Positions 54,659 through 64,000 of a DNA stretch of 64,000 nucleotides are shown here, piece by piece. The position numbers and the translations under genes were made by a program. A model generated the notes under the pieces. That model saw nothing but the letters and a program-made list of their open reading frames with translations, ran no database searches and was not told the origin of the DNA. Source of the stretch: Oscillospiraceae bacterium (GTDB lineage: Bacteria; Bacillota; Clostridia; Oscillospirales; JAAYXM01); contig SVLF01000002.1 in the NCBI GenBank assembly GCA_015068085.1, positions 39,861 through 103,860 on the forward strand. Direction: 5' to 3'. Positions within the stretch are counted from its first letter, which is position 1. Each line of letters starts with the position of its first letter.

Positions 54659-54934
54659 ATGACAACACAGAACATCAACGAGAAAATCAGAGAATTAAAA
54701 GAACTCACGAGAATGGCTGAAGAGATTGAAGCCGAGCAAGAAGCCATAAAAGATGAGCTTAAGCGAGAAATGGAGCTTCGGCAGGTTGATGAGATTTCAA
54801 CAAATGAGTATAAAGTCCGATATAAGCAGGTGACATCAACGAGATTTGACAGTACAGCATTTAAAAGCAAATACGCAGATTTATATGAACAGTTCACAAA
54901 GACAACTACATTCAAAAGATTTTCAATAGCTTAA
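54659..54934 (+). CDS. Hypothetical coiled-coil protein (91 aa), first gene of the rightward operon
   Basis: SD AAAGGAG upstream. N-terminal coiled coil, then ..RFDSTAFKSKYADLYEQFTK... I have seen this kind of small protein in Firmicutes mobile elements, but I cannot name a family. Confidence 0.5.
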   Translation: MTTQNINEKIRELKELTRMAEEIEAEQEAIKDELKREMELRQVDEISTNEYKVRYKQVTSTRFDSTAFKSKYADLYEQFTKTTTFKRFSIA

Positions 54935-55064
54935 TAAAAAATGCCCTTATAAGAGCGGTAACTCTTATATAAGGGCAACGTAACACAAACCAAGTAAAGG
55001 AGCGGTTACATATTTATTATATCACTGACCGCTCCAAACGTCAAACAAAAAGGAGTAATTAAAA

Positions 55065-55562
55065 ATGTTGGTATCATGGTTTAGTAGTCCGCAGACAGTC
55101 GAAGAGCTGAAAAAGCAATACAAGCGGCTTGCTTTCAGGCATCACCCCGACAGAGGCGGCAACGCAGAGCATATGAAAGAAATAAATGCCGAATATGATA
55201 AATTCTTTGAACGGCTCAAGAACATTCACAGCACATCAGACGGCAAGACATACACAGCAAAGACAGCGACAGACGAAACGCCGGAAGAGTTCAGAGAGGT
55301 TATAAACCGCTTAATTTCTCTTGAAGGTGTGCAAGTGGAAATATGTGGTAGTTGGCTGTGGGTGTCGGGAAATACATATCCACACCGCGAAACACTGAAG
55401 CACTTAAAATTCCGCTTTAGTAAGAGCAAAACAGCATGGTATTTCCATGATGAGGCTTACCGCAAGCGTAATAATAAGACTTTCACGCTGGATGAGATAC
55501 GAGATTTATTCGGCTCTCAGATGGTCACAAGTCAGCCACAGTTAAAGCTTGAAATTATCTAA
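55065..55562 (+). CDS. J-domain (DnaJ-like) protein
   Basis: 165 aa. ..LKKQYKRLAFRHHPDRGGNAEHMKEINAEYD.. contains the HPD tripeptide of J domains. The C-terminal domain (..ICGSWLWVSGNTYPHRETLKHLKFRFSKSKTAWYFH..) is of unknown function. Confidence 0.75.
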   Translation: MLVSWFSSPQTVEELKKQYKRLAFRHHPDRGGNAEHMKEINAEYDKFFERLKNIHSTSDGKTYTAKTATDETPEEFREVINRLISLEGVQVEICGSWLWVSGNTYPHRETLKHLKFRFSKSKTAWYFHDEAYRKRNNKTFTLDEIRDLFGSQMVTSQPQLKLEII

Positions 55563-55620
55563 TTGAAAGGGCGGGAACACCACCCGCCCACACACAAAGA
55601 TAAAGATTGGAGATTTAAAT

Positions 55621-55893
55621 ATGTTTGAACTTGGAAAATTAACAGCTACCTGCGGGGTATCAAAGGCAATGGAACAAGATGAGCGTTTTTCATATGACGT
55701 AGTCGATGCCATAAGGCGTTTTATTACCGGTGATTGGGGCGACGTCGTAAAAGAAGATGCACAGAAAAATGCCTTTGCGCTTGAAAACGGTTTGCGAATA
55801 GTCGGAGCATATCCGACAGTCCGCGGAAAAATATGGATTATAACAGAAGCAGATAGATCGGCAACAACTGTTTTGTTTCCATCGGAGTATTAA
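55621..55893 (+). CDS. Hypothetical protein (90 aa), plasmid/ICE-type small conserved protein
   Basis: Intact ORF with an SD. The C-terminal ..KIWIITEADRSATTVLFPSEY is a motif I associate with small mobile-element proteins. No function assigned. Confidence 0.5.
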   Translation: MFELGKLTATCGVSKAMEQDERFSYDVVDAIRRFITGDWGDVVKEDAQKNAFALENGLRIVGAYPTVRGKIWIITEADRSATTVLFPSEY

Positions 55894-55954
55894 ATATAGG
55901 CAGTTTTGCGGTTCTGCAGAAAAACCGCACTATACAAAAGAAAGGACATTCAAA

Positions 55955-56137
55955 ATGAGGTTTATATATTATCTGTTTATCGGTGCAGGAGTTCTGCTGT
56001 TATTCGGGACAGCCGGAGCATCAGACTGCGGAAGCATCACTATGAGAGAAATAATCAGGCAATTCGCTGTCGCGTGGTTACTTATCTCTTACGGAATCAA
56101 AAGTCTTAAATTACTAGAAAGGAGGGCTTGCAGATGA
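55955..56137 (+). CDS. Small membrane protein (60 aa)
   Basis: SD AAAGGA upstream. Two hydrophobic helices (FIYYLFIGAGVLLLFGTAG; FAVAWLLISYGI). Confidence 0.4.
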   Translation: MRFIYYLFIGAGVLLLFGTAGASDCGSITMREIIRQFAVAWLLISYGIKSLKLLERRACR

Positions 56138-56328
56138 GTTCAATGGATGCCATGCTTACTATGACACAGCACCAGGCAAATTCAAGACCTACAACGTCAG
56201 ACATTAAGGCTACGAGGCGAATACTGAAGGATTTTGGAATCCGTAATATCAAGATACCCGACTGTAAAACAGTTGCCGAGCTGATGCGTTTCCAGACAGC
56301 GACAATACATAATAAATTATATGCATAA
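56134..56328 (+). CDS. Hypothetical protein (64 aa)
   Basis: ATG 56134 is preceded by GAAAGGAGGG. No motif recognised. Confidence 0.4.
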   Translation: MSSMDAMLTMTQHQANSRPTTSDIKATRRILKDFGIRNIKIPDCKTVAELMRFQTATIHNKLYA

Positions 56329-56339
56329 AGGAGAAAAGG

Positions 56340-56960
56340 ATGTTTAAGATGCCCAATAAGCAAAAAGCGGAGTTGAGAAAGATATATCTTGAAAGGGCTG
56401 ACAGATTAGTTAAAGAACTGGCTCAGACAAATAAAGAAATTGATCGATTGGGAACAACAAAGAAAAAGAGTAAAACCGAGCGGCGCAACAAACGACTCAC
56501 CAAAAAGTATATATGGAAATTGAAATGCTTAGAGTTCGGAGAAGACTTAAAAACGTTGAAAAGCTTAGGAATCAATCTCTACTTCGACGAAACAAAAGAC
56601 ACAGGGACATGGGATTTGAAAAAGTTGGTTGTCCCGGCACCCAATAAGTGCACCGAACAACAAATTTTATCCGAAGCAGTAAAACATGTGCTTATGTTGA
56701 ATTACAGCCATGAGGTTTATTTAAACTGGCTAAGAGAAGTCAACGACGAAAAGCTACAAATAACTCCACGAGAGGAATCTGCACTCTCCTACATAGCAGC
56801 AAGAGTAACAGACGGTGCAAAGTTTTTTAATATGGAACAAGTTGCCGAGCTGATGCATCTTATGCTTTTCACTCAGCCGGAAATATTACAAACAGAGCAG
56901 TATAAGAGATGGGAAGAAATTATGTGTCAACAAAAAAAGGATGAAACAGATGGAAAATAA
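56340..56960 (+). CDS. Hypothetical protein (206 aa)
   Basis: SD AAAGGAGAAAAGG upstream. Basic N-terminal region. No motif recognised. Confidence 0.5.
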   Translation: MFKMPNKQKAELRKIYLERADRLVKELAQTNKEIDRLGTTKKKSKTERRNKRLTKKYIWKLKCLEFGEDLKTLKSLGINLYFDETKDTGTWDLKKLVVPAPNKCTEQQILSEAVKHVLMLNYSHEVYLNWLREVNDEKLQITPREESALSYIAARVTDGAKFFNMEQVAELMHLMLFTQPEILQTEQYKRWEEIMCQQKKDETDGK

Positions 56961-57207
56961 TAAATCGTTATTTCAATTAGCCGAAGAAACAGAAGATTGT
57001 GGCAATGTATTTGCAAAAGTCCGTTCAATTGCTGATATATTAGTAGAAGCACTTTCTGTGGAAGGAAGCGCATTTACAAATGATACGCTTTTAAACGTCG
57101 CATACATACTCAGAGAGTATAGCGATATAGCTGAAGCAAAAATCAACGCACTGGAAAAAGATTTGCGCGGAGCTTTTGATAGAAAAGTACAAGGTGCAAA
57201 CCACTAA
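56941..57207 (+). CDS. Hypothetical protein (88 aa)
   Basis: Overlaps the previous gene by 20 nt. Followed by the hairpin GGGCGGT-GTAACA-ACCGCCC (57217-57236). Confidence 0.45.
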   Translation: MKQMENNKSLFQLAEETEDCGNVFAKVRSIADILVEALSVEGSAFTNDTLLNVAYILREYSDIAEAKINALEKDLRGAFDRKVQGANH

Positions 57208-57237
57208 CGAAAAAAGGGCGGTGTAACAACCGCCCAA

Positions 57238-57340
57238 TACTTGAAAACTAACAGTGTCAAAACTTGAAAGAATTTACACTTTTATCAACCGTATGAATCC
57301 ATGCGTGTTTGAACGGTGTCAAAACTGGGTGTCAAAAGTA
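57238..57340 (+). promoter_or_regulatory. Repeat cluster upstream of the recombinase: candidate res / recombinase binding sites
   Basis: GTGTCAAAAC at 57254-57263 and 57317-57326, and GTGTCAAAAG at 57330-57339. CTTGAAAAC (57238-57246) and CTTGAAAG (57263-57270). The TCAAAAC core is reminiscent of Hin/Gin-type half sites as I recall them. Confidence 0.4.
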
Positions 57341-57363
57341 ACTTATGAAGAGAGGTCATTTTC

Positions 57364-57927
57364 GTGATATATGGGTATTGCAGAGTAAGCACCAAAGGAC
57401 AATTAGACGGCAACAGCATAGAAGAACAAACCCAAAGCATTAAAGGAAGATATTCAGAATCGGAAATTATCATAGAGAGCTATTCAGGAGCAAAGGAACG
57501 CCCTTTATTTAACGCGCTACTAGAAAAGATGTGTACCGGAGATATTCTTGTGGTAACAAAGCTTGACCGATTTTGCAGAACGACAAAAGAGGGATTGACC
57601 TATATAGACAACCTCATGAGTAAAGGTGTGCGGATTCATATCCTTAACATGGGGCTTATAGAAGACACCCCTATGGGAAGGCTGATAGTTACAAACCTGT
57701 TAGCGTTTGCAGAATTCGAAAGATCAATGATTATTGAGCGTACTCAGTCGGGCAAAGCAATAGCGAAGCAAAACCCCAACTTTAAAGAAGGTAGACCTAA
57801 AAAGTTTAATAGTGAACAAATTAGACTTGCTATGCAGTTATTAGAGAGTCATACCTATAAAGAAGTGGAAAATATGACCGGGATAAGCAAAAGTACATTG
57901 ATACGGGCAAAAAGATGCATGAAATAA
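57364..57927 (+). CDS. Serine recombinase (resolvase/invertase family)
   Basis: 187 aa, GTG start. The [12 protein letters not shown] catalytic-Ser motif, ..[12 protein letters not shown].., and C-terminal [18 protein letters not shown]...[14 protein letters not shown]. Confidence 0.9.
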   Translation: MIYGYCRVSTKGQLDGNSIEEQTQSIKGRYSESEIIIESYSGAKERPLFNALLEKMCTGDILVVTKLDRFCRTTKEGLTYIDNLMSKGVRIHILNMGLIEDTPMGRLIVTNLLAFAEFERSMIIERTQSGKAIAKQNPNFKEGRPKKFNSEQIRLAMQLLESHTYKEVENMTGISKSTLIRAKRCMK

Positions 57928-57993
57928 TTGGCATAATTTGTATATTTTTTTAAAAAGTAGGACACAATAAATGTAAATATATAACCATCAGGA

Positions 57994-58668
57994 GTGTTCT
58001 ACTTGGAATTGACAATAGAGCAGTATCTTATTCCTAATTGTAGTCTTATCATTGACGAATTGAATATAGCTTATAAAAACTGTTCTGCAGATGAAATGAA
58101 AAAAGTTGCAGATAAAAGTTTCAGTGAAACTGATATGATGATGAGAGTTGGGTATCCGTTTAAAAACATGGCAAGGTATACAACTAAGACAGAAGATAGT
58201 GATGATTCGGGTAAAACTAATCATGATATTTTCATTGAGAATAAACGCTTTAAGATAGAACTAAAGTATTTGCGCAGCTGGAGAACCCAATCAGGAACGT
58301 ATTCGTGCAGCAAAGGGTGGAAGGAAATACAGTACGATTTTAATTGGTTGCTAAGTGAGATCAACAACGATAATAAAGGAAAGTCAGCGTTTATAATAGC
58401 GTGGTTTAATTGCGTTGACTCTTTTTCTAAGATAATTCAGTTAGGGGAAGGCAAGGGAGGTAAGCCACTTGTAAATGAAAGTAAGTTGTGCTTTTTCCCT
58501 TTTCTTATAAGACCACAGCTCCCTACAAGAACAGCAGACTTAGAGTACAACTATGAGATAGCTTATCAACGACTTCAAATTACTCCTATTGGATACAAAG
58601 GGAAAGAGTGTAACTGTACATTTGTTGGTAAGGAAAGTGATTGCTTCCACTTTGCAATTTACTATTAA
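57994..58668 (+). CDS. Hypothetical protein with PD-(D/E)xK-like nuclease motif
   Basis: 224 aa (the start may be TTG 58003, after AGGAG). ..NHDIFIENKRFKIELKYL.. fits a D...(E/I)-x-K restriction-endonuclease-fold core. No partner methyltransferase lies nearby. It is the last gene before attR. Confidence 0.45.
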   Translation: MFYLELTIEQYLIPNCSLIIDELNIAYKNCSADEMKKVADKSFSETDMMMRVGYPFKNMARYTTKTEDSDDSGKTNHDIFIENKRFKIELKYLRSWRTQSGTYSCSKGWKEIQYDFNWLLSEINNDNKGKSAFIIAWFNCVDSFSKIIQLGEGKGGKPLVNESKLCFFPFLIRPQLPTRTADLEYNYEIAYQRLQITPIGYKGKECNCTFVGKESDCFHFAIYY

Positions 58669-58697
58669 TTTCGACAAAATAGCATAAAATATAGAAA

Positions 58698-58734
58698 AAT
58701 TGCACTTTGAAGTTAAACAAGGTGCAATTCTTTT
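58698..58734 (+). terminator. Rho-independent terminator
   Basis: AATTGCAC ... GTGCAATT stem followed by CTTTT. Confidence 0.65.
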
Positions 58735-59158
58735 AATTTGAAAAAGTTATAAAATCGGCGATAAACCTTAGTTTTGTCGAACTCACCCGCGAATGGTTTT
58801 AGGCAAAATTGACTTTGAAAAACATAGTAATTAAGCCGTTTTTTGCTTGCTTAATAGTATGTGTTTTCTTGAAATCATTGTTCGTTTTAATATTAAAAAA
58901 TGCAGTATGATGATGTATAATCAATTCAATATTCAACATCGTTAAATACTCAATTAAAGATACATCAAATTTGGTGGACTACCCTTCTTCTAACACTTTT
59001 TCTATCCGATTTCCCGAAAAAGAAATGCTGTTCCGATGCGATTTTCAAGACTTACAACCTCTTTGAACCCGCTTAAATGCTAGGTTTCCCAACTCAACAT
59101 AATTCGATTTAAATTCAGTTAATCTAATGTAATAAATAGAATTTTCGATTGGTAAGGA

Positions 59159-59203
59159 TGAGGTCGGCGGTTCAAATCCGCCTAACAGCTCCAAAAGCCT
59201 TGA
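59159..59203 (+). repeat. attR core (orphan copy of the tRNA-Thr 3' 45 nt)
   Basis: Identical to 40696-40740, with no tRNA 5' half in front of it. Confidence 0.9.
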
Positions 59204-59206
59204 AAA

Positions 59207-59241
59207 CGTTATGTTTTCAAGGCTTTTTGTTTTCGCACCCG
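59207..59241 (+). terminator. Native tRNA operon terminator displaced by the insertion
   Basis: GCCTTGAAAAC-GTTAT-GTTTTCAAGGC followed by TTTTTGTTTT. Confidence 0.75.
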
Positions 59242-59343
59242 AATCCCCCGAACAGGAACGTATTGTTCCCATCCGGGGGTTACATATCTGCATATGCAGT
59301 TCTTAAATACTATCGGAAACGAAACTGATTGAGAATACCGGAC

Positions 59344-61251
59344 TCATTTGTCCTCGAACTCATACCAGTGATCCGGCGCAAACTCTGCCTGCTTTTTGCA
59401 ATCCAGCGGGAGCATAATTCCAAAACCGGGATCATTCCAGCGGCTGCTGTCGAAATTATGACTCATATAATGAAGCTCACCGTCCGGGTCTTCACATTCT
59501 TCATACGGCACATAGCGGAAGAAATCATCCCTGCCGAGAAGAGTGTATACACATTCCACATCGGAATAGCGGAAGCCCATACGCATCATACGGATATTGT
59601 TTCTTGCCGCAGATGTTGTTGCCGCATCAAATGCTTTGTCGAACAGGTTATACACCTTGTCTTTGTCTATGTTATCCATAAGATAAAGCCCGGCTTTATC
59701 TATCTTAACCTGACCGTCAAGGCACGCTTCTGCCATACGGATAATCTCGGCTATATATGATGCTCCTTCTCCGAACATTTTTGTGAACGAAGAAAGATTA
59801 TCTTCCATAGAAAGCGATGCATCGTAGCCTGTTCTTGCAAAGGTATAGAAATTGAAGATATGATTCCAGAAATTGAAGTATTCTATCTGTGTTCCGTATC
59901 CGGCAATCCCTACCTCCATACAGCGTTTCCAGTTGCTCTGCTGTTCATCTGCCGCAGGGATATAGCGCTGTCTGCAGGAGTGGGTTCCCATAAGATAGTC
60001 ATAGTACACTACCGTTGCACCGGCCTTTTTCCACTTTAAGAGGTTATCCTCATACGGAGTTTCCGTAATACAGCTTCCGTCAGGCTTTCCGATTGTACGC
60101 AGTCTCAATGTCGCGGATGTCAATGCTTCGTCAATAAACAAATTCGGCTCAAGCTCAAGATTATCCGGACAGTCAAACAGATTGGAATATGCCAGCATAT
60201 CAATTTTTATCTCCGGATGCTTTTCTCCGATAATCTTTGCAATTGCGTTCTGCGCGTAGACATAGTTTTCAATGTCTGAATGTTTACTGCACTCGGGGCA
60301 TATGCAAAGCGGTCTGTTTCCGTCAAGCGGCCACAGGGCGATTGTATCTACCGTAGGATTTTCCTCAATCCAGCTTACGATATTATCCGCAATCACGCGA
60401 ACGACATCGGGATTACGGCTACAGAGTATCCACGAGCCAAAGTGGTCTGTAACTTCAAAGCGAGTCCCCTCTTCCGTAAGTTTATAATACTCCGGATGGG
60501 TTTCGTAGTAATGCTCAGGGAAATATTCATTTCCTCTCTGCGGAAGGAACATCGGGATTGCATCGTGGTGACCTACTGTCAGGCGGATTCCGCGGCGCTC
60601 GATTTCTTCAATAAGACCTTCTTCCTTATATCTTTCATACACCTTCATCCACGTAAGAATACGGTTATATCTGTTCTTTGCAAGCCAATCTATAAATGAG
60701 CGGTTGAGTACATTTTCTATTTTTCTGCCGTGATATTCGGCGATAGCCGTTCTGTATGTATTATCTGCCATTGCCTTTATATACTCGATGCCATCCAAAT
60801 CAACTTCATCATGCTGCGGAATATACTCTCCGCCGGCGATATCGGGATTTACATACGCGGAGAAGCTGCAACCAAGATAGCGCTCAAGCAATTCATACAC
60901 TGCATAAACCGTTCCTCGCTCACATTCGTTGACGTGCTTACTGCTTCCTGCGCAAATGATTACGTCATCATCAAAGGCACGAATGTACATTCCCTCAGGA
61001 CCCGGAACGACAGCATCAAAATCTGCTTCTGAAATATATTCTGCTGTCTTTATGTTCCGCTCCGGACCTCCGATCATGATTCGGTCACCGGATACATCAT
61101 TGTTGTCAGTCACTATGCTTACACTTATACCCTTAAATATGATTTTCAGGTACTTTTCAAGCTCTTGTGCCGCAAAAAGCTCACGAGAGGTTGCCTTTTC
61201 CGGAATTACAACCGTCAGACTACTTTGAGAAGTTAATTTCATGATAAACAC
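59344..61251 (-). CDS. DUF4838-like putative glycoside-hydrolase-related protein
   Basis: 635 aa, cytoplasmic. The N-terminal LTVVIPEKATSRELFAAQELEKYLKIIFG... arrangement resembles DUF4838/GH20-N-like proteins as I recall them. Tentative. Confidence 0.4.
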   Translation of the reverse strand: MFIMKLTSQSSLTVVIPEKATSRELFAAQELEKYLKIIFKGISVSIVTDNNDVSGDRIMIGGPERNIKTAEYISEADFDAVVPGPEGMYIRAFDDDVIICAGSSKHVNECERGTVYAVYELLERYLGCSFSAYVNPDIAGGEYIPQHDEVDLDGIEYIKAMADNTYRTAIAEYHGRKIENVLNRSFIDWLAKNRYNRILTWMKVYERYKEEGLIEEIERRGIRLTVGHHDAIPMFLPQRGNEYFPEHYYETHPEYYKLTEEGTRFEVTDHFGSWILCSRNPDVVRVIADNIVSWIEENPTVDTIALWPLDGNRPLCICPECSKHSDIENYVYAQNAIAKIIGEKHPEIKIDMLAYSNLFDCPDNLELEPNLFIDEALTSATLRLRTIGKPDGSCITETPYEDNLLKWKKAGATVVYYDYLMGTHSCRQRYIPAADEQQSNWKRCMEVGIAGYGTQIEYFNFWNHIFNFYTFARTGYDASLSMEDNLSSFTKMFGEGASYIAEIIRMAEACLDGQVKIDKAGLYLMDNIDKDKVYNLFDKAFDAATTSAARNNIRMMRMGFRYSDVECVYTLLGRDDFFRYVPYEECEDPDGELHYMSHNFDSSRWNDPGFGIMLPLDCKKQAEFAPDHWYEFEDK

Positions 61252-61374
61252 CTTACCTTTTGAATCTTTGGATTATTTATTATCAGTATAACACAAACAA
61301 ACTATAAAAACAACAAATACGTACAGAATAAATGAGGGAGCTGTAGTAAAACAGCCCCTTCTTATATTTTCTTT

Positions 61375-62598
61375 CTAAAACTTTATTTCTTTGCCTTGCT
61401 TTTTCCATTCGAGATATTCTGCCGTAGCGCAGAACAGCACGTCGCTCGAGGAATTGAGCGCAGTTTCAAGAGAGTCCTGTACAACGCCGATGATAAAACC
61501 TACGCCGACCATCTGCATTGCAACATCCTGCCCTACACCAAGAAGCGAGCATGCCATCGGAATAAGCAGCAGTGACCCGCCCGCAACACCGGACGCGCCG
61601 CACGCACCGAGCGTTGCAACGAAGCTTAAGATAATCGCAATGAGAATATTTACCTCTATTCCCTGCGAGAATGCCGCCGCAAGGGACATTACGGTTATGG
61701 TTATAGCCGCACCGTCCATATTTATCGTTGCGCCAAGAGGGATGGATACGGAATAATACTCGCGGTCAAGACCGAGCTTTTCGCAAAGAGCCATATTAAC
61801 CGGAATGTTTGCCGCGGAGCTTCTTGTGAAAAACGCGGTTATGCCGGACTCACGCAGGCAACGCAGCACAAGCGGATACGGGTTGCGGCGAAGCGCAATT
61901 CCCACAATTGCAGGAGACACGATAAGTGCCATTGCAAGCATACATCCCACAAGCACTAAAAGGAGCTTTCCATACTGTGTGAAGATGTCAAGCCCATATT
62001 CGTTAACGGACGAAAAAACAAGTCCCATAATACCGAACGGTGCAAGCTGGATAACCCATGCAACCGTTTTTGAAACAGCATTTGAAATATCAGCAAAAAT
62101 TTCCTTTGTTTTTTCTCCAGCGCCCATACGCAGAGCAAGCCCTAAGATAACCGCCCATGTGAGAATACCGATATAGTTACCCTGAGAAAGCGCGGTGACC
62201 GGGTTCATAACCATATTCCCGAGAAGCGTGCGGAAAACTTCACCGAGTCCTGCCGGTGCGCTTTGCGTTGCGGCGTCCGTAAGCGGAACGGTAACCGGGA
62301 AAATATAGCTTGCAACAACCGCAAGCATTGCCGCAAGAAGCGTACTTATCATATAAAACATAATTACGGTTCCAAAGCGCTTGCCTATTCCCTTTCCCGC
62401 GCTTGCGAGGGATGAAATAACGAGAACAAATACGAGTATCGGCGCAATAGCCTTAAGCGCACCAACGAAGATTTCGCCGAAAATTCCGACAAACGATGCC
62501 CCCGGCACCCAAAGCCCGAGCACTGCACCGATAATGAGACCTATCGCTATCCTTAATATAAGCGGTGATTGCGTGTAAAGTTTAAACACATTTTTCAT
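61375..62598 (-). CDS. sstT: Serine/threonine:sodium symporter (DAACS family)
   Basis: 407 aa. The N-terminus ..SPLILRIAIGLIIGAVLGLWVP.. and overall DAACS topology match SstT. Confidence 0.8.
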   Translation of the reverse strand: MKNVFKLYTQSPLILRIAIGLIIGAVLGLWVPGASFVGIFGEIFVGALKAIAPILVFVLVISSLASAGKGIGKRFGTVIMFYMISTLLAAMLAVVASYIFPVTVPLTDAATQSAPAGLGEVFRTLLGNMVMNPVTALSQGNYIGILTWAVILGLALRMGAGEKTKEIFADISNAVSKTVAWVIQLAPFGIMGLVFSSVNEYGLDIFTQYGKLLLVLVGCMLAMALIVSPAIVGIALRRNPYPLVLRCLRESGITAFFTRSSAANIPVNMALCEKLGLDREYYSVSIPLGATINMDGAAITITVMSLAAAFSQGIEVNILIAIILSFVATLGACGASGVAGGSLLLIPMACSLLGVGQDVAMQMVGVGFIIGVVQDSLETALNSSSDVLFCATAEYLEWKKQGKEIKF

Positions 62599-62682
62599 AC
62601 ATTTTCCTCCGGTTTTACAGTTTTTTTATATTGCAATAAAGGCTATGGCAAAAAACACATTTTGTCATAGCCCCATTTACTT

Positions 62683-63036
<354 letters not shown>

Positions 63037-64000
63037 CTATGCCTTTGCAGATACGACTTCGCGTGCTGCCAAGAGTGCCGCATCGAGCTTTGAAACGTCA
63101 TTGCCGCCTGCCATAGCAAAATCAGGCTTACCGCCGCCGTTGCCGCCTGCAGTTTTTGCAGCTTCGCGAACTACGTCGCCCGCTTTTAAGCCGCGTGCAA
63201 CTACATCCTTACCGCAGGTTGCGGTGAATACAATCTTCTCGCCGTTTACGCTTGCAAGAACAGCCGCAACGGATGCATCAAGATCACGCATCTCATCGCA
63301 GATTGCACGGAGTCCGTTTCCGTCAGCATTCTTCACGACCTTTGCAACGAACTTGATTCCGTTTATATCCTCTGCATCTGCAATAAACTCTGCCGCATCA
63401 AGGCGAGCCATCTTAGACTTCATCGACGAAAGCTCGTTCTTGAGAGCCTTAATTTCCTCTGTTGCATTACCTGCCTTGATTACAACTTCCTTCGGTGCAG
63501 ACTTAAGTGCCTCTGCAACGGAGGTTATTGTTCCTTCAAGCTCTGCGACCTTTGCAAGCACACCCATACCGGTAATAGCCTCAATACGGCGTACACCTGC
63601 AGCGACGCTTGATTCGCTTGTTATCTTAAAGAGACCTGCCTTTGCAGTGTTGTCAAGGTGCGTACCACCGCAAAGCTCAAGAGAATAATCGCCCATCGTT
63701 ACAACACGGACGGTATCGCCATACTTTTCACCGAAGAGAGCCATTGCGCCGAGCTTCTTTGCCTCTTCAATCGGCATTTCACGGACAAGAACCTCAAGTC
63801 CTGCAAGGATATTTGCGTTTACTTCAACCTCAACCTTGGCAATCTCTTCTGCAGTCATCGGTGAGAAATGAGTAAAGTCAAAACGGACGCTGTCCGGTCC
63901 GACAAGAGAGCCTGCCTGCTCGACATGGGTGCCGAGAGCGTTGCGAAGTGCCTTCTGGAGAAGGTGGGTTGCAGAGTGAGCACGCTCGGTTGCCGCACGG
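63037..64000 (-). CDS. alaS: Alanine--tRNA ligase, C-terminal part (gene continues beyond the window)
   Basis: The frame is open to the window edge. ..CGGTHLDNTAKAGLFKI.. (editing-domain Zn motif) and the C-terminal DHHA1-like ..GGGKPDFAMAGG.. segment. Confidence 0.9.
   Translation of the reverse strand, partial: RAATERAHSATHLLQKALRNALGTHVEQAGSLVGPDSVRFDFTHFSPMTAEEIAKVEVEVNANILAGLEVLVREMPIEEAKKLGAMALFGEKYGDTVRVVTMGDYSLELCGGTHLDNTAKAGLFKITSESSVAAGVRRIEAITGMGVLAKVAELEGTITSVAEALKSAPKEVVIKAGNATEEIKALKNELSSMKSKMARLDAAEFIADAEDINGIKFVAKVVKNADGNGLRAICDEMRDLDASVAAVLASVNGEKIVFTATCGKDVVARGLKAGDVVREAAKTAGGNGGGKPDFAMAGGNDVSKLDAALLAAREVVSAKA

Noticed and set aside
59045-59293. 82-aa minus-strand ORF
   Set aside because: It spans the attR copy of the tRNA-Thr 3' half and the tRNA terminator. 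It is an artefact of the AT-rich junction.

Overview
The window is a Clostridia-type (Firmicutes) chromosomal segment: it has sporulation sigma factor SigG, an SLH-anchored surface enzyme, and a THF riboswitch in front of folT. I see four blocks. (1) 1-20 kb is a polysaccharide-utilisation locus. It holds a sugar-binding lipoprotein, a 2474-aa SLH-anchored heparinase II/III-like lyase, two AraC regulators, a GH95 fucosidase-like enzyme, a GH20-like protein, a permease, three oxidoreductases and a truncated aminotransferase remnant. (2) 20-40.5 kb is mostly housekeeping: split chrA pair, hpf, trxB, M18 aminopeptidase, coaE, tsaC, prfA, an ABC-F ATPase, an amidase, a second GH95 paralog, uppP, THF-riboswitch-folT, sigG, tRNA-Val followed by an odd tandem repeat, glxK and nagB. 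(3) 40.7-59.2 kb is a visibly AT-richer element of about 18.5 kb, integrated into the 3' end of tRNA-Thr(GGT) and bounded by a perfect 45-bp direct repeat. It carries integrase, excisionase, a 1642-aa tape-measure-like protein, an HNH nuclease, an SF2-helicase-like protein, sigma-like and RNAP alpha-CTD-like regulators, an XRE switch, a J-domain protein, a serine recombinase and a PD-(D/E)xK-like cargo gene. I find no terminase, portal, capsid or lysis genes. (4) 59.3-64 kb is host DNA again: a DUF4838-like protein, sstT, a HIT protein and the 3' part of alaS. My best candidate for something undescribed is inside the element at 53.1-54.0 kb. A consensus promoter drives a roughly 165-nt structured, non-repetitive RNA that ends in an intrinsic terminator immediately before a 202-aa nuclease-like ORF. 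This is the layout of a type III toxin-antitoxin module, but without the repeats. All calls come from reading the sequence and the ORF translations; no database searches were run.
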